Counted from the stretch's first letter, positions 27,734 to 41,984 are shown. The stretch: DNA of 64,000 nucleotides from Epiperipatus broadwayi (GCA_028023455.1 JAQFVV010000001.1:33604001-33668000); one strand, 5' to 3'. The notes: generated by a model from the sequence alone, not told the origin. Translations and numbers: made by a program.

Positions 27734-27773
27734 AGCTCTGATGATGACTGCAGGACAGTCGAAACTGTTAGTT
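27734..27773 (+). ncRNA. Minimal type I hammerhead ribozyme motif
   Basis: AGCT CTGATGA T GACTG CAGGA CAGTC GAAA CTGTT AGTT. Core CUGAUGA/GAAA, 5-bp stem II, GUU cleavage triplet, 4-bp stem I (AGCU/AGUU). Helix III is possible only as a dimer. Confidence 0.65.
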
Positions 27774-28186
27774 TGATATAAATAAAGAGTATTGGTAAAG
27801 TGTTTAAGAAAGGTGTAAACAGTATGAAAACTATTTTTCTTACAATATTTTTTTTCTAAATGACATTATTAGTCCTTTTAAAATTTTTTATAGTATTTCT
27901 TAATCAAATATGTTTTTATTTTTAAAACTAATGCATCTGAGTGAATGACTAATCAACAAAATCTTGTTTAATAATAAAAATGTACTCTTCTTAGGTTAAT
28001 TTTGCAAATGGTATGTCCGATTTATGATGGAGGGTAGATTTGGCATGGAATTTCATAAATATATTCTATAGAAACTTTATTTTTCCAAAAATTAGTTATT
28101 TTTTAATACATACCCCAAAAAGCTTAAAATAATTTTTTTCCAAAACCATGAACACTAGAATTTACCTAGTGATGTGCACTTAACCC

Positions 28187-28218
<32 letters not shown>

Positions 28219-28653
28219 CTGGTATTCTCTCAATTGTATTTTTGTATATATGTATTGTGTGTAATTTAGAAATCTAAATACACACTATAATAGTGGGACT
28301 TGAATTTAAACCTGGTTATGTCATTATCAAAACAAAAATAAAAGGAAAAAAATCTTTAGCTTTGAATTTTGCAGCAAAGTCTTATGATTAGTACCGGCTA
28401 TTTTTAACTTAAGAACCATACAATAAAACTAATGATATATATATATTATATTAGTGGTATATTAATAAAAGCATAAAAATAGTTTTATGTAATAGCAATA
28501 GTGAAGTATATATTGATAAATTTATTTACTAAAATTTTATTTACTGCATTCAGTTTCAGAATAATTGTTAAACATCAACAAATAGGTTATTAAACTATTG
28601 TTATGGCATATGTGTATGTATATGTTGATATGATTAAACAATATTAAATTATA

Positions 28654-29618
28654 AATAGAGGGGATTTGAACACAGACCTTCAAGCACCCTTCAATTATCC
28701 ACTCTCTAAAACCACTGATACACATGACCACACGGATGTAGAAAAGATAAATAATCACCAATATACGTATTTCATGCTGAACCAGCATTCATCAGTTGGT
28801 CCATATTATCATCTCCCATATATATATAATCAGTGCTCAGTTTATATTAAGAAAGCAAATCTTCATACTTTAATGAACAGGCTTGAATCTACTCCAACCT
28901 CCAACTCTTCAGCCATCCATACTATTGAAATCCGATGATGGAAAGCCCAAATCCCATGCTGATGCCAATATTATCACCACACCTATGTTTATCTCAAGTC
29001 ACTCTGACTCCTCATGTATAGGACCATGTCAATTTAAATACATAGAAGAGGGATGGGCAGGATGCAGGCTTAATGTATAATATTTGAAATTCAGGCATTC
29101 TTCATATACCCGAAGCTTCATTGTAAATATAGGGGATTTGAACACAAACCTTCAAGCACCCTTCAACTATCCACACTATCTCAAACCACCGATACACATG
29201 ACCACATATGTATAGAAAAGATAACCAATTATATATTTCATGCTGAACCAGCAACATGGGTGTGGCAGTAATATTGGCATCAGCATAGGATTTTGGGCTT
29301 TCCATCATCGGATTTTCAGTGGTATGGATGGCTGAAGAGTTGGAGGTTGGAGTAGATTGAAGCCTGTCCATTAAAGTATGAAGATATGCTATCTTAATAT
29401 AAACTGAGCACTGATTATATATGTGTGTGTGGGGATGATAATCTGGACCAACTATGGTTATTGGTGATTATTTTATCTTTTCTACATGCGTGTAAACATG
29501 TATATCAGTGGTTTGAGATAGTGTTGATAGACGAAAGGTACTTGAAGATCTGTATTCAAATTCCCTATATTTACAATGAAGCTCTAGGTATATGAAGAAT
29601 GCCTATATTTCAAATATT
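28654..29618. mobile_element. Fold-back insertion with three partial copies of one unit, 14-bp TSD (Penelope-like architecture)
   Basis: TSD AATATTAAATTATA at 28640-28653 and 29619-29632. Forward copy ~28654-29078, second forward partial ~29079-29255, inverted copy ~29256-29618. Confidence 0.7.
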
Positions 29619-29632
29619 AATATTAAATTATA

Positions 29633-30290
29633 TACACCTGGGTCTCTTTTTATCTGGTAGATACATTCCCCAGAAAGCCACCAAAAAAAAAATCACACAA
29701 AATAGACTTAACTTACTTACCTTGAAAATTTTGGGATACGTTCCATAATTTGCAAAAATTGCATAAAACCAAAACAAGGCAAAATTACTTCATAAAAAAA
29801 TAAGGAAATAAAGTATAACTAATAAAAAATTTCAAATGCCTGAAAAAAATTGATACAAGACCAAAGGGTTTTTTACTTTTTTTATTAATTATTTAATTTT
29901 ATTCAGAACAATATGTTTTTATGTGCAATTTATTTTTCATTTTTTCATACATATTTTAATCATTATTTGACAATATGTGGGTTCATTTGTGAACTGGTTA
30001 GAAATCAGATTCATCACAAGAGGAAACAGAAACAGCAGAATTAGTCGCAACTTCATTATCATGCTGTGTTAATGGTTTTCTGGTGACAATGTAATCGGTG
30101 ATTAAACTTTGAACCAATGATTTTACTAATTGTTTATAAAGCTTGCGATATCCAGACACACAACTATTTAGCTCTCATTGGTATTTAAGAGCTCGTTTAT
30201 AATTCGTGTCATTAACAAGAAAATGATTTTCCAATTGATTAGAAAGTTGAAGACTTTCTTGAATCATTTTTGCTGTGAAACAAACAGGTT
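29633..30290 (-). mobile_element. Tigger element 3' end (transposase C-terminus and terminal region)
   Basis: Minus frame NDTNYKRALKYQ*ELNSCVSGYRKLYKQLVKSLVQSLITDY (cf. Tigger DPxxERxxKFxRxL...YKELY...QxxITDF). Tigger-like terminal words (GTAGATACATTCC; GATACGTTCC) at 29633-29745. Confidence 0.6.
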
Positions 30291-31489
30291 TTATTTCTGC
30301 TTTATTATCTTTTTCTAAGTCTTCTACAGTTTATTATTTTCACTTTATATCTATGTTTTCATTATATCTAATGTAATAATCCAATTTACTATTATTTGCC
30401 ATTTCATGCTTAATGAAATTAACATTAACTTATATTTCTTAGCAATACTGTCATTACTCCAATTCTTATGTTATCTAAAACCTAAAAGTTAATATCAACA
30501 CTGATAAATGTAAATTCTTCTAGACTTATTTTATTAAAAAATCTTCTTTTATTTTGACTATACACCTAAATTACAAATTAAATTAAACACTAATTCTCTC
30601 AAACAAATATTGTAAAGTAAATCACTTGCATATTCTGTGTAATTTTTTATTTGTATATTTACACCTCTTTTCTAACCATCCTTTATTTAATTTTATCTGC
30701 TAACACCACAATTTATTTGTTAATATCTGTTTTTATATTACATTTTTATTAGCTATCTCATTTTTAACCCCAGCCTCTTTTTTTTGTCATTTTATTATTG
30801 TTGGTTTTTAATAATATGCTGTCTTTATTGAAACTTTCTTTATTTTTTTTAAAAGTGATTTTTCTCCTTACTATTTGAATATATAATAATAAATGTGATA
30901 TAAACTCAGAGGAAGACTGTAGAATATTCAAAATTGTCAATATCTATTTTTTTTTTTATGCATATGTTAATGCAATTTTCACAATAACCTAACAATACAT
31001 CATTAAAAAAAATATTGACAAGGGAGTGTCCTATAAAGTTAACATACTACAACAAGACAACTAAGCTAATAAAATATAATAATTATTAAAAAAAAAATTA
31101 TTTTTTGAATTTATTAATTTTAAATTTATTCATAAGTTAAATTAAATGGTTTTAATATTTTAAAATTACATCTAATTAATAAAAAAAAAGATAGAAGTAC
31201 CTGTTAGTTATTATTAATTATAGTTTTTTGTTTTTTAAATGAAAAAGTGAGTCCTGCAAACAACCACCGAAATATTATATATAGAGCTCACAAAATAAGC
31301 TCTTAACAAGCTTTGAGAATATCAAATTAGGTTATGTGACATCTTTTTTGATTATTTTTTTTTTTGTAACCACCTAAATACAAACTTTGTTTAGAGGGGT
31401 TTTTTTTTAAATAACAAAATATTATTTTTGATATAATTTGCTTTCAAATTTTAATATTAAGAAGAAAATCAAAGTTAGTGCCTGAATTT

Positions 31490-32240
31490 GAAATATTTAT
31501 ATATATTATACATACATATGTATACATTGAAAACAAATCTAAATATTTCAGTTTATTTTACAAATTTTATATGGATCTTAATAAACTGGTTTTTGATACT
31601 CTGCCAATACATCAAGAAGTTACACAGGGTGGAATTTTGGCGCAATCACTATTTAATATTTATACTAAACATAATAATTTACATAAAACATTCAAAGTTA
31701 TTGATATATATATATGCTGATGAACAAAATTGTTTAAAATAATTAATAATTATGACGATTTAAGTTTATTCCAAAGTGATAATTTAAACTAGATAAAACT
31801 ATATGTTGTTAATTATTGATAAATGTAATGAATTCAGATATCAAAATTATCTAAAATGAGTGTAGATAATTGCTATATTAATAACATAAAAATAGTCGTA
31901 AAAGGTTGCTTCTAACTATTGCATCTAATGGATCTTTTAATACTCAAATGAAGCAGAATATGTACATAAATATTTATAGTGCTATTGGTCAAATCAAGAT
32001 GTTCCTGTTTAATATTTTGGTATTATCAAAGTAATATTTGGCCTCTGAATATTAAAAACCATATCGGTGAGTACAAAGAGTTTATAGTTCAAAAACTGAT
32101 TGGTATCAACGAAAACATTTATAATCTTTTCTAAAAAACTTTTAAGAATTTTAAGATTTTAAACTCTTCTTTGATATAGTTCATGAAATGATTTTATTAA
32201 CAAACTAACTGAACAGTAAATATTAACAGATATGATTTAA
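31490..32240 (+). mobile_element. Decayed CR1/L2/Jockey-group reverse transcriptase fragment
   Basis: EVTQGGILAQSLFNIY (cf. GVPQGSILGPLLFNIY), IYADE (YADD) and LFQSD in adjacent frames. Confidence 0.6.
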
Positions 32241-32249
32241 ACAACATAC

Positions 32250-33190
32250 CCTATTGTATTTGCCTGTGTATAGAACACATCTCCTTTCTTAAAATATATC
32301 TAAAATATGGGGTGTGCCTTATGCACAAGTAATCAAGATTAAGAGCTGAAATTTCAGTCTAAAAATTCTGGTTTATATTAATATACGTACATAAGTATTC
32401 TATTGCATTATATTCTTTTCCAAAACAGTGATTTCGAATAAATTGTTTCCCTAATTTTTTTTTTTTTTTTCTGTAAAGATAATAAGTTGCATGATATATT
32501 TTATGCTTTATTACTGAAAGAGGGAGCAGAACATTTCCAGTAAAATAGAGTTCAGATCCATTGCCATCTCAAGGTTATGATTCATTCAATTTGTGCATGC
32601 ATGATCACACTTCAACAATGCACTGTGATGTTTAAACTTTAAACTTGGTAGATTTGTTCAGAACATCAGTGTTCCAGATAGCCCAATGATCACCAGCTTC
32701 ATCCCTTAGATGTCTGCATTAATAAACCATTTAAAAAATTCATGAAGAAGAAATGGAACAGTTGGTTGCAGTTTACAGATTTTGAAGTGATGCCATCAGG
32801 AAGAAGGAAGAGGCCTATTATTTTACAGATTTATGACTGGGTCAAGATTTCATTGAATGCTTTTCAAACATGAGACAGTTGTAAAAGCCATTTAAGAAAT
32901 GGGGACTTAGTAACTAAGTTGGTGGCATAGAGGATAATTTGTTACATGAAGACTCAGTTTCTGAGGAAGGAGCTTCAAGTGATTCTTCATTTAGCTCTGG
33001 AAATGAATTTCTAGGTTTGAGGATGAAGATTAAAAGATAACTACATTGTTCCTAGTTATATTTTTTGTAGACATAAATAACTATAAAATTAGTACAGTAA
33101 ATCATTAGATAATAATTTATAAAAAATGCATATAAAAAGGGTGTATCTTATATGCTGCTGCATCCCATATGCCGATCTACCATTACAAGT
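32250..33190 (+). mobile_element. pogo-family DNA transposon, internally deleted
   Basis: HQLHPLDVCINKPFKKFMKKKWNSWLQ (cf. LQPLDVxINKPFK); PSGRRKRP..YDWVK; TVVKAI*KWG. GGGTGTGCCTTAT/GGGTGTATCTTAT subterminal motifs at ~32310 and ~33139. Confidence 0.75.
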
Positions 33191-33226
33191 ATTATGTATA
33201 AATTAACATAGAAATAATAAACTTTA

Positions 33227-33340
33227 GTCTTGTATTGGTGGTTGAGAGGTCAGCGCGACTGCCTTGCACTTGTAGGCAGTTGCCCAGGTTGCAGGTTCGC
33301 GTCCCGGCCGATGCTATGACACTTAAAAAAAAAAAAAAAA
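33227..33340 (+). mobile_element. tRNA-Gly-derived short SINE
   Basis: GTATTGGTGGTTGAGAGG...GGTTCGCGTCCCGGCCGATGCTATGACAC(A)n; 11-bp TSD AATAAACTTTA at 33216-33226 and 33345-33355. Confidence 0.85.
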
Positions 33341-34559
33341 TAACAATAAACTTTATATAAATACTGATATAAAATCAATTTTTAAAAAGCATTTTATTAA
33401 ATTGGCTACTATGAAACATTATTAATGAAATTCTGTAGTATAAGCAATACTGTGAGTGCTTTTAATTGTTTGTAATATTATAAATACAGAAATATATTAA
33501 ACTAATATTTAAAAATATAATTAATAAAAGTGATAATTTCAGTAAAAAGTAATAATTAATGATTGTTCTTTTCTTTCAATATGTGTATAATATCCTGTTT
33601 TCTCTGTTGTCTGTTTGATGAATGTATATTTGTTCATAAGGCTATCATATGTCAAATTCACAAACAATTTAAAAAAATATTTCAACTATTTGAAGAAAGT
33701 AATTCCACCATTAGTAAAAAACACTCTGGGGGAAAAAAATCAGTACATTCATTAAAGAGGTATAGTATTTAAATCACAAAGAAAACATGATTATAGTACA
33801 TAAATTTATGCTGCTTGAAATGTGATATTTAATGGGGGGGGGGGAGGTAGATGATATAGTACCATATTTACATTTAGTTTTGGATAGCGTATTATGTTTA
33901 AGCGAAAGAAGTCTTCATTAATAAAAAAGCTCTGAAAAAAAAATCTGTACATTTGTTTTTAACTACAGAGGATATACTGTTTAAATTGCAAAGAAAATGT
34001 GAATGCAGTATGTAAATTCATTGTTTGAAATGTGATATTTAGTGAGGGGAAAAAATAGAAGCTATAATACCATATTTGTATTTAGTTTTGGTCAGCATAT
34101 ATAATTGAAGTCAAAATGACAGTCTTTCAGGCTGGTATACAATTCTCACATTTATTTATATGATGTTAAAATGTTTTGTTTAATTTACATTAAATCTTAA
34201 AAAAAAAAATGTTAAAGCAACCACTTATGGTCTATTTAGGCCAGGTACACCTGGCATATAATATAAAATTAAATATCTTTCACTAAAATTACCTTAGGAA
34301 ACCATATCATGACCTATGTTTTTTTTTTTTTTTGTTGGTATAGTCTGCAGCAAATTATGCATAATCTGATATAAAACTTGAACACATAAGCTCACCAAGT
34401 TTTTTTTTTAGGTTTCTGCAATCACGACTAATTAGAAAATTGTTAGTCTATATTATTGGAAGATTCCATGAAAATATGAATCTTGTTAAAATGTCAAAAT
34501 TTGAAAAAGAAAAAAAAAATCAATTATATTTTTTTAATTTATTAATGGTCTTGTTTCTC

Positions 34560-35300
34560 ATTTGGATTAGAATTTATCATATATATGACATTTAGCTTCA
34601 CTTATTGCTATTACTAAATTGATATTAGCTTCAAGATTTATACATTTATTACAGAAGTTATTCCTAAATCTATTTGAAAGAATAGGTAATTCAACTAAAT
34701 TCGTTTTTGTTATCTTTAATGTGCAAATCCTCAAGCAATATTTATACAATTAAATCCTTTATTATCATGTTATTTTTCTCAACAAATGATTTTTAATCTT
34801 TCATAACCTTTCATTTCTTAACCTTTTTTTCTGATATTATCATCTTCATCCCTTACCCTGTCATCATTCTGCAACTATTTTTGTATTCATTTAAATTACT
34901 TTTTCAGTTTCTTTATAAACAATTTGTTAATTTTTTTTCATGTTCACCAGACAGCATGTTCTTTTACAAAATTATTAAATTTTTCATATAGCTTTTATTC
35001 TCATAAGCACAACCTATCATATTGAAGGATTATTAATCATAAAAATGACTCTGTCTCTAATATCTACACTATTCCAGTATTCAATATTTATTAAATTTTA
35101 TCTCCATGATTTTTTCCATATTTGTTTTGCCTCTCCTGTTTTAATTTCTGTTGTAATATTATTTTCACCACATATGTAGTTTTTCTTTCTAAAATGATTT
35201 TGATATATATATATTGGTTGTTAGTGATACTTTAATTAATACAGTTTTAAGATTAAAGTGGAATAATGATTTCTATATTTCCAACATTTTTGAAATTAAT
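34560..35300 (-). mobile_element. Very decayed LINE endonuclease-region remnant
   Basis: Purine-rich minus strand with YWNSVDIRDR (cf. FWNVAG) followed by traces of ETW and KGR motifs. Confidence 0.3.
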
Positions 35301-36879
35301 TGAGGGCAGCACTATTCACCAGTAGAAAAATTAACCATTTTTATGCTATATACTTTTTCTTCCCCATTTTATAGTATTCGTAATTTATTGGTTTAAAAAA
35401 TTGGAATAGTGTATTCTATTTTTTTTTCTCTTCAAATTACTATTCAATAAATAATGTAGAATTTCGTTATAAATATTACATTTGTATGTATTTCTTGTGT
35501 GCGCGCGCACAAATATTTGCGCATTTGTACACCTGTTAATGTTTCGATAAAAGCACTTCAATTTCTAATTAACATACGTTTTTAATTTCTAACATTTATT
35601 AGTTTCACTGCTATACTGTTCATCACTATGGGAAGACGGAAGCAATGAGAACTTCAAACTGATTGATAACCACGTTATATGTTTTCCCATTCATTGACTA
35701 TTGGCTTACGTCAAAACTACATGTATTTTTAAATTGTAATTTAAATTTGGCTATATTAGTATTATTTTTAAGGTTGAAGAATATGTATAGGAATGATATA
35801 AAGTTAGACGGTCATACATAATAAAGCATTTTAATAATGCAATGAAATTACGTTATGTTTTTATCGGTATTATTTGAGAATTTCGAACTGAAACGTGATG
35901 AAAATAGTGCTGTAGTTTTATATTTGTAATTACTTAATAGATTATATGTATGTATGTATGCATGCGTGTGTGAGAATGTGTATATAATATTTTCTGTTAC
36001 TGTATAAATAAATGGCAGTGATAAACTGTTACTGTAAATAAATATTGATCAGCTCTTAGAATTTCTTGGTTATAGAAATCTCTTGGGATTTGTTAACATA
36101 TTTTTTTGCGTAAATATATTTTAAGAAAATTAAAATTCATTTAATTCCTATTTTTTTTATTAATATTATTATTTTGAGCAATATCCCCATAATAATTATA
36201 TTGCAATTTTTATCATTTTTATAAATAATGATAAAAGATTATAGTAATATATTAACTTCTAATGATTTTTTTTCTCCTTCCATCAAAACACAATCATTTA
36301 ATTTACTGCTAATATAAAATATAAATTATTTTTCTTTACTAAAATAAATTGTTCATTATATCTCTCCTGTTGGGCATCACTTACTAATACTTTTAATATC
36401 AAATCGATGGAGAAAGTCCCCCGTCATTCTATGCTATTGTTTATAAAATACTTTTACATGCGTGTATTCATTTTTACGCACGCACACAAAAATAGGTATA
36501 AAGGAGGGTTTGTGTATATACTAGGACTACATATCACTATCAACACGTAAATAAGTATATTATGCACAGACATAATACGAAACCTATACTGGAAAGGAGA
36601 TTAAATAAATGGGAGGGAAAAATATTGAACAATCAAACCATATTTCTCGTGATAATGAAGTCTATAGCTTAGATTTCTACAATGTTCGTGAAGGACGTTG
36701 AGCGTAATTGTTGATGTGTTCATATATCTATTTGCTGGGGGGAAAAAATCCACCTTTTCCCCCTACTAAAACGAACTGATGTACAAAAGAAAATATGGTA
36801 AACAAAAGAATGAATAAATCCTTGATATTAATGATAAACTTGCATCAGCAATGATCATTTTCAAGAGCTGCTCTGTATT

Positions 36880-37096
36880 AGTGTTCTGCTTCTCTGCAGC
36901 GACCTCCAGTTGCCCTCACAACAGGCGCGCCCCATCTGCCAATCAAATCCAAGTAGCAGCATTGGCGCTCGTAATTTTTGAATGCCCGTCTGCTCATACT
37001 GGCTTGGTTCAGTGATTGATATAACGTGGATGTTTCTCTGTTTGCCTATCTGTTGACCTCTCTATATTGGGCTTTGCAACTTAGCTTACATTACAG
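36880..37096 (+). promoter_or_regulatory. Putative promoter and non-coding first exon
   Basis: GC/CpG-rich patch (GGCGCGCC, CCAATC, TCAGT Inr-like at ~37009) in CpG-depleted DNA, ending in a consensus donor CAG|GTAAGT (GT at 37097). Confidence 0.5.
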
Positions 37097-39479
37097 GTAA
37101 GTCTAGCATGACTTCTTTTATCTTCCTTTATTTGTAGATGTAGCAATATGTTAGACAATCTATGAAATACTCAAAAAGAATCGATTTAATTTTAAAAGTA
37201 TATTTTATGAACCTCAGTTTCATTATAATAATGACTAAACACAAGCTCATGCATCAAGGTGGTGAGGATGCACTCATTCTTGTCTTTAGGCATAGAAAAG
37301 AATTAAAATGTTTAATCACAAAGATATAAATTATTAAAAAATAAAAATAAATCATTTTCCAGTTAATTCTCAAATTAGTAATTGTGATATTTGAATTTGT
37401 ATGCATACTATTGATATTTATCTCCCCCCCCCCCCCAATTATTTCGTATTTACCAAACTATCCTTTCTATTGCAAGGTGTATGAGAATTATTTATTTTTG
37501 TGTATAATTAAAATACATATTTTATTTATACATGCACATATTTACATGACATGTAAAAGATAATTTTTATACAGCAAAAATTCACCATCAATTAGATAAT
37601 ATTATAAAATCAATTTAGTGTTTATTGTTTTTTTTTTTAAAAAAAAATGTATTGATGGAAGTAAAGCTAGAATATATAACAATTCCTGTAAGATAATTAG
37701 TCCAATAATGACAGCAATTGTGCATGCTAATAATTAATTAATATATTATTATTTAATTTTTCTTTGAAATTTAAAAAAAAAAAGTTTTTAAAAAGCATTT
37801 CCTGACTTTTAATAATTATATTATTTATAGAATAGATATAAAAGTTATTTATTATTAATAATGTAAGAAATATCTGGTTATTATTTTTTTACATAGTTTA
37901 TAATGGAAATCGGTCATATTTTTTCTTTATTGAATTATTTGTTAGAAATACCTAAAAAGACAACTATATTTTATTTCATTATGCTTGTAGAAGTGTACAA
38001 TGGCACTAAGCACACAGTAATGAAGGAAAAACATCATTCATTTTAGTATGAGATTTTTCGTTTCATATTACTAATAATATGCTTTTGTTAATAGCAACAT
38101 TAAATTCTTTATAATAATATAATGATTTAATGAGTTAAATGACTTTACACTATTTATAATAAATGATAACAACATAATTTATATTGTATTAAAATCTTAT
38201 ATTTTTCTCATTCTTATGTGTGTAAACACACACACACACACTTCTTTATAAAAATAAAATTGGAAATGATCATTTATTAAATTTTACATTTCTATTCAAT
38301 ATTTTTCATATACAATATGTATATATCTATGTATGTGTATTGAATACATATACTGATAGTAATTCGTATTACAGATATTATTTTAGTAGCATTCATTGTA
38401 TTACATTTTATTCAGGATAACAACAACAACAAAAAGTTATTCTATAATACTTATGTGGTAATTTATAAGAGTTTTAGAAATTTTGTTAAATATATTAAAA
38501 TTTTGTTACATAGTAATAAACTCCTGAAGTTATAACTGCCTGTTGTACTGTACATATGTTATTGATAAAAGGCTTTTTTTTTTTTCAAAGGTCCATAATT
38601 ATATAAATTAGAATAATTTTTTTAATTAATTAAGCGACACACCTATTTTTGAAATTTTAATGCATTGTAATTTTCAACCTAATTTATCAAGTGTAAAATT
38701 GCTTATCAAGAAGATTTAATTTATAAATTATATTATGTCTTTGTACACTTGAAAACAAGACCCTACCATTAAGAGAAGAGCAGCAAATTACTTTACAGTA
38801 TAACTTTGATTTCTGCCTCATTGATTTAAAATTTTAGTTGAGAAAGAGCGCCATAAATGTTGTAATAGTTTTTCAATAATGCGGAGTTTTATAGAATCTT
38901 TAACTTTAGATATATATGATTTGTATTTATATACACACACATTTCTAGACCACAGTTTCTAGTTTGAATGGGGTGGAGTGGGAAGGAGCCTTACAGCCAC
39001 AGTAACTTATACTTTTCAGTCTTTAAATTTAAAACATTTATGTTTGGTTACTAATAATAAGAAATAAACATAACACTATCTTAAATGTGCAATCCAATAT
39101 TTATTTTTTGTTCCCATTATCGATAACGTTAACACTTCAAGATTGATTTTAAAGTAATCGGTTTACTTAATTTTTATTAACTACTTCTGACAGGACCTTT
39201 TTATTATATATGTATAGTAGTGAATAGCTGTAATTATTAAATGTATTGAATTAGTGTTGATTTATTTGATAATGAAAATATTGATATTACTGTTCAATAC
39301 ACATTTCTTTTTAGTTGTGGGGAGAAAGTGACCCTATGCAATACTCCCCCATAAAACTGTTGAGATATAAAACAAAACTAGCCAGGCATTAAAAAAACAT
39401 TCTATATTTTAAGTATTCAAAAGTTATTATTATTAGAGATAATCAAATCAATGTTTATTTCTGATGATCCTATGAAGGG

Positions 39480-40197
<718 letters not shown>

Positions 40198-40530
40198 GGT
40201 TTGTCAGACTCTTAGATCTCATTGTCATGCATAAATCCATCTCATTGCTGGCACTCATCTTTGTTCACTTTTAATCTTCATATATATATATTAATGAATT
40301 ACTCTGACTTCATAACGTTAGATTAAAAAAAAACTGTCTGATTCTTATTTGTACTTCAAATGGAAGTTAATATTTATTAACTCCAATTATCCATTTGTAT
40401 ATTTTTTAAATTCCAGGGTATTTTTCAAGTCTGCCAAAAGAATACTTCTAAAGCATCAACCCCTCTCTCCCGTTTTTGCTTGTTTCTTCAGTGTAATGTG
40501 CATATTTTTTAGTTATGGTAATATAAGATA
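40198..40530 (-). mobile_element. RTE (BovB-like) LINE 3' fragment whose tail is the GATA array
   Basis: Minus frame ERGVDALEVFFWQT*KIPW (cf. RRIDAFExWCWRRMLRIPW) at ~40410-40470. The 3' end runs into GGAT/GATA repeats. Confidence 0.6.
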
Positions 40531-40959
40531 AAGCAGCCTTGAATAGACTATATATCTTCTCAGAGGAACAATTGTTAGATTAATCAACTATGGAAGTTTT
40601 GTTTTATTTTACTAAGATAGCATTTATTTGAAAGACTACCAAATTCTTGGCTAGTTTATAAGATTTCTAACATTTACAAGCAAGCATAAGAAATGGTGAT
40701 CATGTGATCTTTATTGGCTTAAATACCCTGATCTCCTTACACATACATATATATGTATAGTATTTGTCTGAGCTTGTCTTGCAAATTGTTATTATAATTT
40801 ATTCAGATATAGTTGTTCTATGAATCAGTATTATGAATTATGTGCCACCTAAGACAAAAATTTAAAAATAATTAAAAAAAAAAAATCCCCAAAAATAAAT
40901 GTATTTGTTTAATTGAAGTTTTTTTGTGCAGGTAAACATGAAATTATTACTACCTAATG

Positions 40960-41049
40960 TATATATAATTAAAGGAGAAAACCATTCTCCTTAGCAATTT
41001 ATTTATCCATAGCCTGAAAGAGAGTGGTTTCTCCTCTTAATTATGTATA
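40960..41049. repeat. Short imperfect inverted repeat (~30-bp arms)
   Basis: TATATATAATTAAAGGAGAAAACCATTCTC pairs with GAGAGTGGTTTCTCCTCTTAATTATGTATA. Confidence 0.7.
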
Positions 41050-41984
41050 TATATGTACTCAGTTTATACAATATTTTTAATTTTTTTAAAAATTATATAT
41101 AAGAAACATTCCTTTTGTGGATTATTAAAATAGTATTTAATATTTTGCCATTATGCACAAATAAAAAATATTAATTCATTTAAGATATTATAGCAAATAT
41201 GGTTATATTTCTTTTTTTTTTAATCTGTCAAGACTTAATTAGTAATACTACTTATCAATAAAGAAAGAATGTACCACAGGTATTATTTTTTCTTTCTCAA
41301 AAATGATTCCTCTGTACTTTTTTCTTTCTTAAAAAAAACAAAACAAATATGCCAATTTATTATAATTTAATATTATCATTACTATCTTTCTATTACAGTC
41401 TTATGGTGAAGCATTTTTATACATACAGGTTTTATTTCCTAAAAAGAAAAGAAAATTCCTTTACATCATGAAATCATTTAATTAATTACACACATTTTAG
41501 CAGATATTGATAATATTGTTCCACAACAAATTGTCATAATTTGTTACAATTTATGAGTGTAAATTTTTCTATGATCTTAAAGACAATTTGCAATCTTTTA
41601 GATGACTATTCCAATATTATGAATGATTTTTTAGATTAGATATTGTTATATTATTATTAGCTCAAAAACTCTAGCCTAATAAATAACTTTGTAAAAAAAA
41701 AAAAAGATATATAACTTTGTAGCAATAATATATTTTTCAAAAAGTTGACAATAATTCCTACACTTTTAGAATAACTTGTGAAAAAATATAATCAAATATG
41801 ATAATATTTGAGAGGGCATCATGATCTGGGCCAAATTATGAAGCTAGTTTGGTAGAAATGCATCTTGTGGAATATTTGCCCCTTCTGATATTTTTATTCA
41901 TTTGTTTGAAAAAATGTAGTATTTATCAGATTTTCAAGTAATGCTAATAAAGTATAATGATATATTATTTGGAAGTTCATAAGA

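Larger units (their letters stand above)
27494..27827. repeat. Inverted repeat (~135-bp arms) carrying hammerhead motifs; Penelope-like inverted pLTR
   Basis: 27494-27630 is the reverse complement of ~27693-27827 with few mismatches, around an AT-rich spacer. Confidence 0.85.

Noticed and set aside
28537-29371. Cluster of five ORFs with repeated TPTSNSSAIHT peptides suggesting a peptide gene family
   Set aside because: They are explained by direct and inverted copies of one repeat unit, with frames broken differently in each copy.
29720-29838. Apparent minus-strand exon MQFLQIMERIPKFS(R)|GTAAGT, phase-compatible with a 32-nt candidate exon at ~25014-25045
   Set aside because: It lies within the Tigger terminal region (GATACGTTCC motif), the peptide is unrecognisable, and such GT/AG pairs arise easily by chance in 64 kb.
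30000-30065. Signal-peptide-like frame MIMKLRLILLFLFPLV on the minus strand
   Set aside because: It is an alternative frame of the Tigger transposase C-terminus.
39118-39125. DRE motif TATCGATA
   Set aside because: It is a single 8-mer with no supporting exon or donor nearby.
40405-40500. Plus-strand exon candidate after TTCCAG
   Set aside because: The minus strand matches the RTE RT C-terminus, so this is LINE antisense.
41010-41040. CTGAAAGA-GAG..CTC hammerhead-like start in a short inverted repeat
   Set aside because: There is no GAAA or helix III after the stem, and the core is non-canonical.
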